DNA of 64,000 nt from NCBI RefSeq assembly GCF_038025025.1, contig NW_027117340.1, positions 186,001 to 250,000 of the forward strand, read 5' to 3'. This DNA comes from Phyllosticta citribraziliensis. Taxonomy: Eukaryota. The notes under the pieces are model-generated. The model was not told the origin of the DNA and ran no database searches. It saw only the letters and a program-made list of their open reading frames with translations. The position numbers were made by a program, and so were the translations under genes. Positions 1 to 10,996 of the stretch are shown here, piece after piece (positions within the stretch are counted from its first letter, which is position 1; every line of letters starts with the position of its first letter).

Positions 1-2458
1 AACCGACTCCGTTCAAACATCTTCAGAAGCCGACAGGCACATGATTACTCGACTCATCTTCAGTGAAGACCGAAGATATATCGAAGCACTCCGCTTGCTG
101 GAGCCCCTGCGACCCGCAGTAGCCGAATGCACACCGGATCCGTCGTGGACAGAAGCACAGCATTTGGACGCCCAGCAGAGCGTCATGCAGTGGGTTATGC
201 TGCGCACTTTTGCCTTGCCACCAGGGCATTCCATGCTCCAATACGACAGCAAGAGGCCAATGGTGACGGAAAAGTATCCTTTGCACGGATTTACGACGCT
301 GTGCATAATGAAGCCATTGAACAACACCGTCAGCGCAGACAGGACCACTTATACCGAAGAGAAGTTTGCCTGGGCATTTTTCCACGCCGGCGTCTCTGCT
401 GGTCTGAGTATCTCAAAGCAGGCCGACGGCATCGACACCTCTTGGATTGCCTTCAACAAGCCACCCGAGCTCAGCAATAAGCATGCCGGTCTCTTGCTTG
501 GACTCGGCTTGAATGGACACCTCAAGAAAGTGGCAAAGTGGCTCTCGTTCAAGTACCTCACCCCCAAGCACAGCATGACGTCGATCGGTCTGCTTCTCGG
601 CCTTTCCGTATCGTACATGGGCACCATGGATACGCTCGTCACGCGGCTATTGTCTGTTCACGTCACTCGAATGCTGCCTCCTGGCGCTGCCGACCTGAAC
701 CTTCCTCCCCTCGCGCAGACTTCAGGCCTCATGGGCATTGGGCTGTTGTATTTGAATACACAACACCGTCGGATGAGCGAGATTATGCTTTCCGAAATCG
801 AGCACGTCGAGCTTGAAGATCCGTCAGCGCCGAGGTACAACGTCAAAGACGAGGGCTACAGGCTGGCAGCTGGGTTCGCGCTTGGCCTCATCAACCTCGG
901 ACAGGGCAACGATCTGAAAGGTCTCCACGACATGCGCCTGGTCGAGAGATTGCTGACGGTGGCGGTCGGACCACGTCCAGTGGATGTCGTCCACGTCCTC
1001 GACCAAGCAACAGCCGGAGCCGTCATTGCAGTTGCTCTCATTTTCATGAAGACGAACAACTGGTCCGTGGCTCAAAGAATTGATGTTCCCGACACGCTGC
1101 CCCAGTTCGACTACGTTCGGCCAGACATGTTCCTTTTGCGCACATTGGCGAGACACCTCATCATGTGGGACGACATTCGAGCAGACCACGCATGGATTTT
1201 GAAGAACCTGCCGCCAGAGTACGAAGTCAACCACACTCTGAAGCAGATCAAGGTGCTCCGCAGCGAGTACCTGCCTTTCTACAACATCGTGGCTGGCCTT
1301 TTGTGGAGCATTTCCCTCAGGTACGCAGGCACCGGAGACGTCCAGGTCCGCGACTTTCTCGTCGAATATCTGGACCAATTCATCCGCATCTGCCACCTCC
1401 CTGCCATGCGGTACGACGCCCGCCTGACCCGCCACACAGTCCGTAACTGCCAGGACCTGATAGCACTGGCAGCGGCCACGGTCATGGCCGGTACAGGAGA
1501 CATTGTCGTCTTTCGACGGCTGCGTCTGCTGCACGGCCGCATCAGTCCCGACGTGCCGTACGGCTCGCACTTTGCGGCGCACATGGCCATCGGTGCCCTA
1601 TTCCTAGCCGGAGGCAGCTACACATTCGGGACGACGAACCTGGCCATCGCTGCGCTCGTGTGCGCCTTCTACCCGCTCTTCCCGACCGACGTGCTCGACA
1701 ACAAGGCGCACCTGCAAGCGTTCCGGCACTTTTGGGTGCTGGCATCTGAGCCGCGCTGCCTCATCGTGCGCGACGTCGAAACGCACCGCGCCATCTCGCT
1801 CCCCTTTGTGCTGCAGCTGCGCGACGGCAGCGTCGAGGAGCGCACCGCGCCCTGCCTGCTGCCCAACCTCGACACCGTCGCCAGCCTGCGCACGGCGTCG
1901 CCCGACTTCTGGCAGGTGACGCTCGACTTCGCCGCCAACGCCGCGCACCGTGGCGCCTTTGGCCGCTCGCAGACGATCCACGTGCGCCGGCGCCCTGCGC
2001 ACGAGGCGCACAGCTCGACCTTCTCCGCCACGCTGACGGCCCTGAACGACGCGCAGGTGGCGGCGACGGCGGCGGCGGCCTCGGCACGCGCCATGTGGGA
2101 CTGGGTGTTTGCGCTGCCGGCGCTGCGCGAGGATCACCAGCACCACAACCAAAACGCGTCGTCGACGACGAGCCTCGTCTCGCGCGCCGACATCAGCCTC
2201 GTGCTCCCGCCCGACCCGCACAGCAGCGCGCTGGTCGAGACAAAGGGCACCGTCGTCGACGACCGGCTCGTGCTGCGGGCGGCGGCCGAGGGCGCGGCGC
2301 AGCGCGCGCGGCTCGAGGAGCTGCGGCTGCTGTTTCGCTGGGCGGAGCGCGAGGTCGAGACGGGGGGCCGGCTGCGCTGGTTGGGGAAGGAGGTTGTTGA
2401 GGGGTTGAGGGCTGTTGTGGCGGAGAGGGCGCGGAGGATTGGGGGGGGAGGCGGGTAG
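1..2458 (+). CDS. APC1: Anaphase-promoting complex subunit 1 (BimE/Apc1), C-terminal part; 5' end lies outside the window
   Basis: 805-aa ORF, open from base 2. PC-repeat motifs (HAGLLLGLGLNGHL, EGYRLAAGFALGLINLG) and the C-terminal HLQAFRHFWVLA motif match Apc1. Confidence 0.95.
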   Translation, partial: TDSVQTSSEADRHMITRLIFSEDRRYIEALRLLEPLRPAVAECTPDPSWTEAQHLDAQQSVMQWVMLRTFALPPGHSMLQYDSKRPMVTEKYPLHGFTTLCIMKPLNNTVSADRTTYTEEKFAWAFFHAGVSAGLSISKQADGIDTSWIAFNKPPELSNKHAGLLLGLGLNGHLKKVAKWLSFKYLTPKHSMTSIGLLLGLSVSYMGTMDTLVTRLLSVHVTRMLPPGAADLNLPPLAQTSGLMGIGLLYLNTQHRRMSEIMLSEIEHVELEDPSAPRYNVKDEGYRLAAGFALGLINLGQGNDLKGLHDMRLVERLLTVAVGPRPVDVVHVLDQATAGAVIAVALIFMKTNNWSVAQRIDVPDTLPQFDYVRPDMFLLRTLARHLIMWDDIRADHAWILKNLPPEYEVNHTLKQIKVLRSEYLPFYNIVAGLLWSISLRYAGTGDVQVRDFLVEYLDQFIRICHLPAMRYDARLTRHTVRNCQDLIALAAATVMAGTGDIVVFRRLRLLHGRISPDVPYGSHFAAHMAIGALFLAGGSYTFGTTNLAIAALVCAFYPLFPTDVLDNKAHLQAFRHFWVLASEPRCLIVRDVETHRAISLPFVLQLRDGSVEERTAPCLLPNLDTVASLRTASPDFWQVTLDFAANAAHRGAFGRSQTIHVRRRPAHEAHSSTFSATLTALNDAQVAATAAAASARAMWDWVFALPALREDHQHHNQNASSTTSLVSRADISLVLPPDPHSSALVETKGTVVDDRLVLRAAAEGAAQRARLEELRLLFRWAEREVETGGRLRWLGKEVVEGLRAVVAERARRIGGGGG

Positions 2459-2811
2459 GGGGTAAGGTTAAGGGGAGGAGCTTGCGTTTCGAGGTAGAAG
2501 CATGGCTGTGGCATTTGTATAGATGGTAGAAAAAGTAATCTGCTGTCACGTCGATTCGTTCACCGCCACCGCGCGAAATTCCAACGTGGCCATCTACATG
2601 ATCTGGTGCAAGACGGACAGCGCGAATGAACAGTACTGATCAGTGATGCACAGACAACGAACAAGCAACGGCAACAAAGCTAGCTCGACGCGATAAAGCT
2701 ACAAGGTCAATCTATCAACGTATCAACGTATCAACCTGCCTGCGCGGTGGAATGACGCAACTCCGCTCCACTCTGGATCGAACGAAATTAAGTACAGTTG
2801 TACAAACAAAC

Positions 2812-4765
2812 TCACGCCTTGACGCCCCTCCTCGCCCTGTCCTTCTCCTTCTCTTTCTCCTTCTCCTTCTCTTTCTCCTTCTCCTTCTCTTTCTCAGACC
2901 CACTGCCACTCCCACTACTACCCCACCGCCACAGCGCGCCAAACATCCCGCCCCTCTTCTTCCGCGCCTGCACATCCCCATCCCCAACAACCACAGTGGC
3001 ACCAGCACCTTTCCCGTCAGCACCAGCACCACCCTTCGACGGCTCCTCGACCAACGCAGCACCGGCAGGAGTAGAAGTAGGCAAACCTCCGCCCCACCCC
3101 GCCTCAGCATTCAGCCGCGCAGCGCGCTCCGCGTCCCACGGCCCGTCGGCCCAGCGCGCCATGGGGATCTCGCCGAGCTTGGTGCTGTCGGACGTGAAGC
3201 TGTAGACGGAAGCGGGGGCGGGGACGGAGGAGCGGCGGCGGGGCGGATGCAGAGGAGGATACGCCGATGCTTGTAGCGTTTTTGGTGGGGGAGGTGGGAC
3301 TACTGCGGCGGCGGCAGTGTTTGTGGTGAGTTGGTGGTGGTAGTATTGGTGAGGAGGAGCATTGTCGGCGGGCGGCGCAGGCTGCGATTGGGCGGTAGGC
3401 TGAGGTGGAGGAGGTGTGGGTTGCGATTTGGGCGGCGGCGGCGGAGAGGAAGCGGCAGGGCGCTCGGCCAGCGGGATCGGCGGCATGGACGAGTGGCGCT
3501 GCGGGCGGAGGCGCGAGGTGGAGCGTTGGCTCGTCGGCTGCTGCGATGGGGGCGCCTGGAGCGAGGCCGGGTACGGCGAGTAAGGCAGCAAATTGCTGGT
3601 CAGCCCATGGTTGCGCTGCTCTCGCTGCTGCGGCGTCAGGGGTATCTTAGGGGGCTTCGGAGGCGGTCCGCCTGCCGCATTTCTTGGGCCGTGGATGTAA
3701 GAATGGGAGCGTCTGAGAGCGTTCTCTGGGCGGTTATAGACTGGGGAGCCGGGGTAGGGGGGTGGCATCCGGGACCAGGGGAGAGGCGAAGACGGCGGCA
3801 GCGCGTGTTCGGGAATGGGTTCGGCGGCTAGACTGGTCATGCTCCTGAATACCTTCTTCTTAGGCATCTTGTGCAGTTTGGGGGGAGGAGGAGGCCGTTG
3901 TGCTCCGGCCGTCGTGGTTGCGTCTGGACTGAGGGACCGGGGAGACGCGTTCGATGGCTTGCCGGGCTGCATGGCAGGCGTCGAGCTCGACGGCTTGAGT
4001 CTGCTTTTGCGCGGCCGCACCATGACGAGCCGCGACTGCGAGCCTTTTGGTTTGGGACCCTTGGTAGGCGGTGGCGGTGCGGCGCCATTGGGTGCTTGCT
4101 TGACGGCCAGGAGGCTTGGTTTCTTCTCGACCGGCTTCTGTCCGCGTGTGGACTGCAGGTCGACCACGGAGCCACAGTCGGCATGCTTCGGGCTTTGGCA
4201 ACTGGAACAGTAGGGCCCGCGGCTGTCGAGGTTGGCTTGGGACTGGGATAAGCGTCGATACAGCTGATCCAGGGCGTCAATCGCTTCGGATCTGGAGCAG
4301 TCGGACAGACGCGCCAAGCTCTTGAAGTCGAGATTGGATTCGTTTTTGCCGTGGCAGAGAAAGGTCGAGATGATTGCCACCAGGCCGGTGTTGAGCTTCA
4401 GCAGGACTTCCGTGAGAGACGCGTGCGCAATGACTAGATACAGGTCAGCTTGGTGTCTTTACAATCCGTAGAAACTCACCATCTCCCCGAGCAAACCTCT
4501 CGCCAGCGTGGCTGCGGTTTGTTTGGTAGCGGTCCTGGATTTCGACGGGTCCGCGTTGCAGCGACTTGCCGAGCTGCAATTCGTCGTCCAAGGAGTCCTG
4601 AACAGGAGTCGGATGAGCCTTGGAGCTGTGCGTCTTTCTCGACTTTTTCCTCTTGCCCCGCCTGTCCCGCAGTTTTCTAAAGACATCCAGTCCGCTGGTA
4701 AAGGCCGTGACGATGGCAAAGACGGAGGCTTCGACCTTGGCCGGGGCGGCCTGCTCGACGGCCAT
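2812..4765 (-). CDS. Hypothetical fungal protein: helical N-terminal domain, Pro/Ser-rich tail, EK repeat; one intron ~4434-4479
   Basis: ORFs 4445-4765 and 2812-4380 are joined by a GTGAGT...CTGAC...TAG intron, giving ...RFARGD|VIAHASLTEVLLKL. Confidence 0.75.
2841..2895 (-). repeat. Coding hexamer microsatellite (GAGAAG/GAGAAA)n encoding (EK)n
   Basis: Direct inspection. Confidence 0.9.
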
Positions 4766-5667
4766 TGCTCTCTGGACGGCAGCCTGTTGCTGATTGATTC
4801 ACGGCGGGGCGGAGATCAGATATAAACAGGTCAGTCAATCAATGGGGTCCAGTCGAGGCATGAGGAGCGATAGGGTTATAGCACGGGCAACATTCCTGCC
4901 TCCTGTGAGCGGCGGTGGGACAGGCCTGGCGGGAGGTGCATCCGGAGGCGCGACGTCAACGTGATGTGAGCCATGGGCCTGTTTTGTCCTATGGATGGCG
5001 CAGCTCGCGGCGACAGGCATGTTCCCTTCCCCGGGAGCAGCGTCGAAACAGGCGTTTGGTGCGACTGTGCGTCGCTGCTGTGCGTGCCTGGCGAGCCGAA
5101 GCGTACGGTTCGGGGGGGCCTGGCGCGCGGTGCATTGGTCGCTCGTACAGCCACACGAAACGCTTCTGGCTCGCCTCCGATGCTTGCGTCCGCTGCTGGA
5201 CATCCTATCTCCAGCATGATGCTGCGGACGACGCTGCAAATGCTGCTCAACAGATACCTGCGATGTTTGACGTTCTTGTGAGTGGCTGTACTCTCAACCC
5301 CATGCCATTCTGGCCAAGGCACAGTGATCCCGCATTATATTCGAGCCTTCGTGATTTTTTTTTTTTTTTTTTTCAACTGTGACGTACCATGTCTTGGACA
5401 TGGTGTTGGGAGAATTCCCTGGAACAATCAAAGCACTGCTGCTGCTTTGCAGAACAGGTCGTGTGCATTTCCCCTCATCGGGAGCCTGCGTCTATATGCC
5501 CCCCATGCTTGAATATCAGACGCTGCTATGACGACGCTGTCCCTCTGCACCCATACACAGCTTCCACGGCCTAATTGGAGGACCATCATCTTCCCATCCG
5601 ATCAAAAGGGGTATAATCATCATCGACTAACTGCCGTGCCTCCTATTTCATGCTGCAACGCCCCCAA

Positions 5668-8329
5668 CTACTTCTTCACACTGAACTCGTCGCCCGCTCT
5701 GACAAGCACCTCCTCCTCCACCATGCGGCTCAGCAACACGCCGACCTCCTCCACTCCAAATGGGAATCCACCCATCAACGCCCGTTTTAGCATGGCCTGC
5801 ACGCGCTCGGCGCTCATGCGCCCCTGATTCGTCAGCATGCCCATGACAAACTGCCGGTACATGGCCATGTTGTCGACGAGAATGTCTTCGGCTCGCTTGA
5901 CAGCCGAAGCTTGTTCCTCTGCGGCGGCCGCCGCTGCTGCCGCTGCCGCCGCCGTGGTCGACGACGACGGCGCATCGCTGAGTGACTCGAGTACCGTGTA
6001 CGTGTTGGGCGTCGACTCGGTAAGGACGAGCTGTGCGACCCAGAATATGAGAGCCGAGCGGAGTAGCGTTTCGTCGAGCTCAAGAACAGCTTCGAGCTCA
6101 TCAACCGTCTTGGTGACGGGTCGAGACTGTGACGAGTCGACGTCGTCCTCGTTGAATGCATGAATGACTGCCGCTTGCCACGGAGTAACCTCAAGGTCGA
6201 GATGGCGGTCCGCAAAGTCGAGAGAGATCGACACGCGCCCCAGCGCAGGGAGCCAGTGAAGCTTGCGCATGTCCTTGATGGCTTCGAAGCCGGCGGCATA
6301 GTCTTGGAGGGCTGACTGCACGGGACCTGGAAGAGGAAATTCGTCCTCGCGAAGTGAAGGCCAAAAGAAGGCCGACAAAATGTGAGAGTTGACTTGAATG
6401 TCGTGCGATTTGTTGGTGCCCGCAGCGGTTTGCAGCAGAGTCTGGTGTATCTGCTTGTTGATGCGTTTCGATTCGAGAACGTCTCTGAGCATGACCTCGC
6501 AGGCTTGCAGATTGTTCTCGCCAAGGCGGACCTTGAAGAACTCGAGCAGTCGGATCTGGGTCGTGTTAGCGCTCGCCTGTAGGATAACTGGCTGACTTGC
6601 CTCCTTTTCAAAGTCCACGCTCTCGCTTCGCAACAAGTGCTCACCCCAAATGGTCTTGAGCTCCGAAATAAAGTCGTCCTTATCGTACAAGGTCAAAAGG
6701 TAGCCGAGTACATTCTCCGACTTGGACTTTCGATATTCCGTCGACGCATCAACAGGATCAGGCACCCAATTCATGTTGCCCCAGTCCAGCTCGATGTCCA
6801 GTTCTTCAGACCCAGACGTCATTGGATTGAGCATTTCGGTCGCAATCTCGACACTAATCTCCTGGCCTGGGTCGATGCGGTTGCCATCTTCATCGACGAT
6901 TTCGGCCAACAGACTGGAGACGATGATGCTGGCCGTATCTTCGCGATCCCGCAGGTAGCGGCGGATTGGCCTAGCGACCTTTTCAAGCAGAATTCCTTTG
7001 GGATCCAATTCGACAAAGGCACGAATCACGTAAATGTAGGTGTCTAGTATGTGCGTCGTGGTGGCGCCTGCGTGTAGCAAGCGGCGCGCGAGCTGCTGCA
7101 AGAAGCTGTGGGTGAGGTGGTTGCGTGCTGCGGGTGTCGAAATGTATTCTCTGAGATCTAGTATCGCACCCAAGGAGCTGTCCCAATTGACAACGTAATC
7201 AAAGAGGTTGTCGACGCGAGCTCTGCCTAGCCGGCCAATGGCCATTTCGGTCCATTGGTGAATGTTGGTCTCAATCGTCTCCTCGCCGCAGGTCAAACTC
7301 GACATCAAATCGTTTACCAAGGGAGCGAAACCGTCCCTGATCCACTCTTTCAGATTCTTGGTGACTGACCGTCTGCCGTACCAGTCCACCTTCATGTAGT
7401 GGCTGCCAATGAAGGAGTCCATCAACCGGTCCATGGCATGCGCTACAGCTCTCTGTGCACAATCCCGGCCAAGACCTACATCGTGCAGCTCACGAAGCAA
7501 CTTGGTGACGGACTGCCGCAGCCTTTGTCCGTTTTCGCGCGCGGCATCTTTTGGAAAACTGTCTTGCAGGTCGAAGAGGTGGCATCCGACATCAAGCAGG
7601 ACATGTGCCAAAGTTTTTGTGAAGCGCTGTTGAGGCAAGGCATGCAAAAATGTCGTGTGCAGTTCCCTCTTGAACTTGGTCGATGCGCGCAGGGCACGGT
7701 CCGCACCAGAGGTGTTCTTGATGATGGGCACGAGGTGATCCTGCAACGGCGGCACGTATTGAGACTGAGCATTCTTGAGAAGCTTTACCGTCTCCTGCAG
7801 TACTGGCAGCGCACGCGCGGTTGGGATGGGCTGTCTGCATCAGAACGTCGAATTACATTGCTTCTCGGTCCCGGATCGATCAACCTACAGCATCCCAGAG
7901 GTCTCTCAAGGCCGGCCGCACACAGGCGACAAAGTTGTCCCGCGCCTCGTCCAGGTACCAGTCAAGAAGGGCAGCCTGCCCATCGTTGCCACTCCGGATC
8001 AAGTATTTCAATGCCTCGTCCACGTCCGCAGGGACTCGGTGTTTGCGCGAGCGGGCCCTCGAGACGACATCGGTAGGCAGAGGTACGGGCAGCTTCAAGA
8101 ATCTGGTGGCCGTATTCCAGGCGACGTTGCGATTCAGCGGGTGGCTGGAACGACCGCTGGAGGAGTTGCCCGGCCGATGGTGCTGGTGGTCGTGGCTGCG
8201 CGTGACAACGCCGACGCCATGGTCGGTTGCGGCGGCGTGGGTCAGGGCATGCGATGGGTTGGATTTGGACGGCAGCGGAAAGACGGAGGCGAAGATGAGG
8301 GAGCGATTGTCGTGTATGGCGGCGGCCAT
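5668..8329 (-). CDS. APC2: Anaphase-promoting complex subunit 2 (cullin-like Apc2); introns ~7831-7888 and 6556-6600
   Basis: Motifs RRLLHAGATT, IRRYLRDREDT, WVPDPVDA, CEVMLRDV, ILSAFFWP and C-terminal winged helix GMLTNQG. Confidence 0.93.
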
Positions 8330-8691
8330 GGCGAGGCAGACTATGGCGGCATGGGAGCGGTTGTGGAGAGGTGATGTTGTTGAGCTGGAGATGGATGGTC
8401 GCGGGTTCACGTGCAGAGCCAGCGCACAAGCGAAAAGGCTTGGCGCGGACAGTGAGTGGCCCAGCACACGTCAATTGCACACTGCAGGCTGTGGGCCTAC
8501 AAAAGAAGGCGGCGGCCCAGCGCCTTTTCGACGTCTCCCCTCCACCCCACACCTCACCACCCACCAACCCACCAACCCAACCACCGGCCGTCCCCGCCAC
8601 GGTCGCCCTCACATAACAACTCTACTCTGCGCCCGAGCCGCACCTCTCCAGAGAGCACAAGTCTCAGCGCCCCACCACCCACACCACCGCC

Positions 8692-9203
8692 ATGCCCAAG
8701 AACAAGGGAAAGGGCGGTAAGAACCGCAGAAGGGGCAAGAACGAGAACGACAACGAGAAGCGCGAGCTCGTCTTCAAGGAGGAAGGCCAAGGTGCGTCAC
8801 TTGTGTCATCATTCTGTAATCTCAGCTAACACCTCTACCAGAATACGCCCAAGTAGTCAAGATGCTCGGCAACGGACGCCTGGAGGCGCAGTGCTTCGAC
8901 GGCGAAAAGCGACTCGCACACATCCGCGGCAAGCTGCGCAAAAAGGTGTGGATCAACCAGGGCGACATCATTCTGCTGTCGCTGCGCGACTACCAGGACG
9001 AAAAGGGCGACGTCATCCTCAAGTACAATGCCGACGAGGCGCGCTCGCTCAAGGCCTACGGCGAGCTGCCCGAGACGGCCAAGATCAACGAGACCGACAC
9101 GTACGGCGCCGACGGCGACGAGGGCGGCATCGGCTTCGAGTTTGACGAGGACCGGAGCAGCGACGACGAGGGCGTCAAGGAGGTCGACATTGATGACATT
9201 TGA
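8692..9203 (+). CDS. TIF11: Translation initiation factor eIF1A; intron ~8792-8841
   Basis: [18 protein letters not shown]...[32 protein letters not shown], with an acidic tail. Confidence 0.97.
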
Positions 9204-10996
9204 GCGCGCTGCATGCGCTCAACCCCCTCCCGTGGGCGTCTCTGCCCCCGCGAGCCCGCTCTGTGGGGCGAACTCTGGGAGCGAACGAACCGATGCTTGG
9301 GATCCATGGTCTGCGGGGCTTTCCGTCAATCAGTCAGTCAGTCACGACGCGATGGAGTTTTGGGGGTTGTTGGGCAACACAAGGCTGCTCGTGCCGCTTG
9401 CTTCATCGGGTCCATCGCCAGTCAGCCAATCTGTCAGCACTTGCTCAACCGTGCAGCAACAGGAGCAGCAGTCAGCCAGCCAGCCAGCCAGCCTCAATCC
9501 AATCGAGCCGCGGCCTCCTCCCCATCAGCACAGAGCCTGCCAAGACATGGCACACCGGGATCTCATTGTTCTTCGTCCCTTGTTTTTTTCGTCTCGGGGA
9601 TGCCACCGGTCAAAGCCAAAAAAATCATATGAACTCTTTAAACCTCATTGTTTGTTGATATTGTCTCGTGTCGTTCGTGTATGCTGTGTCCTAGTCTATG
9701 CTTCCTACCAACCTACCAACCTAAGTGCCTTGGAAGGTAGCTAACACGACTAACTATCTACTCGAATCCATGCGCCCATCCACGATCAATTTGAACCTGG
9801 TTTTGTTGCCCATTTTTTTCATCCTCATTACACGCACCCACCCTCTCCCTCCCTCACTCCGCCTAAACCACAAAACGCAGTCTGAACCCCAATCCCCAAC
9901 AACCCCCCAAACAAAAAGCGCTCCCCATCAATTTTTCCCTTCGTCCTCTGCACCACGCGTACCAACCACCTCATACCACATCCGGTGACCCTCCACCAAC
10001 TGCCTCTCGGCTATCCCATCAATTAAGAAACACGACGACAACGACAACGACGACCGACAAGAAGGAGAAATGGAATAGAATAGAGTGGTAGGTAGGTAGG
10101 TAAGTAGGTAGCACTAGACGGAATCATCCACAGTCTGTCTGTCTCTGTCTGTCTCTGTGTCGCTCCTGCTGCTGCTTCTGCTTTCTCGCCATCTCGCCCG
10201 CTCGCTCGGCCCGCTCTCATCCATACTGTGTCTGTGTCGTTCGCCGAAAGGGAAGGGAAAAGAAGAGCAGAGAAAAGGAGGAACGCCATTCCGACCATAC
10301 CATACCGAACCGAACCGAACCGGACCCTCATACTCCCCGCTCCCTCTCCCTCGCTTGCCACACACCCTGACTCAAATTAAAAAGAAGAACCTAAAAAGAG
10401 GAACGAAGATAGAGCAAAGGAAACAACTTGAGAAGCCATCCGTTCATTTGATTTAGCCCGTCATCATCATCTGCAGCGAGCTAGCTGTATAGCGACCTTC
10501 GCTCAATCAAGCACCGGGAAAGATGGAAAGAGAGAAGGAAGGAAGCATGAATGGATAGATAAATCGGAATGTAATCGAGGCAGAAGCAGAAAAAGAAGAG
10601 AAGAAAAGATGGGGCTAGAGAGGGGGGGCATAGGAGGGAAAAGGCCGTCGTGTGTCGTCGTCGTCAAGTTTGCCGTTCGTCCGTCCATGTGTCTGTCGTT
10701 TGAAAAGAGGACGTAGATAGACCGTTCCGTCCGTCCGTCCGTCCGTGAGAGGATAAAAGGGAAAGAGAGATGAAAGTGATTTTGACCGAATGGAGAGAAA
10801 AAGGAAAAGAGCAGAACTAACAAAGCGAAGAAGAAAAAAGAGAATATGCACCAGGGGGTATGTGTGTGTGCGTGCATCAACGCAAAGAAGAAAAAAGAAT
10901 TTGTCGTCCAAGAGCAGCAGCAGCAGCAGCAGCAGCGGCAATAGCTAGCCTTCTCTTCAAGATGGACCAGCCCAGGGCAAGTCATGCGACAATGAC

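Noticed and set aside
9400..10960. Repeat-rich stretch as an array or ncRNA
   Set aside because: Simple microsatellites in convergent 3' regions; no spacer-repeat structure.
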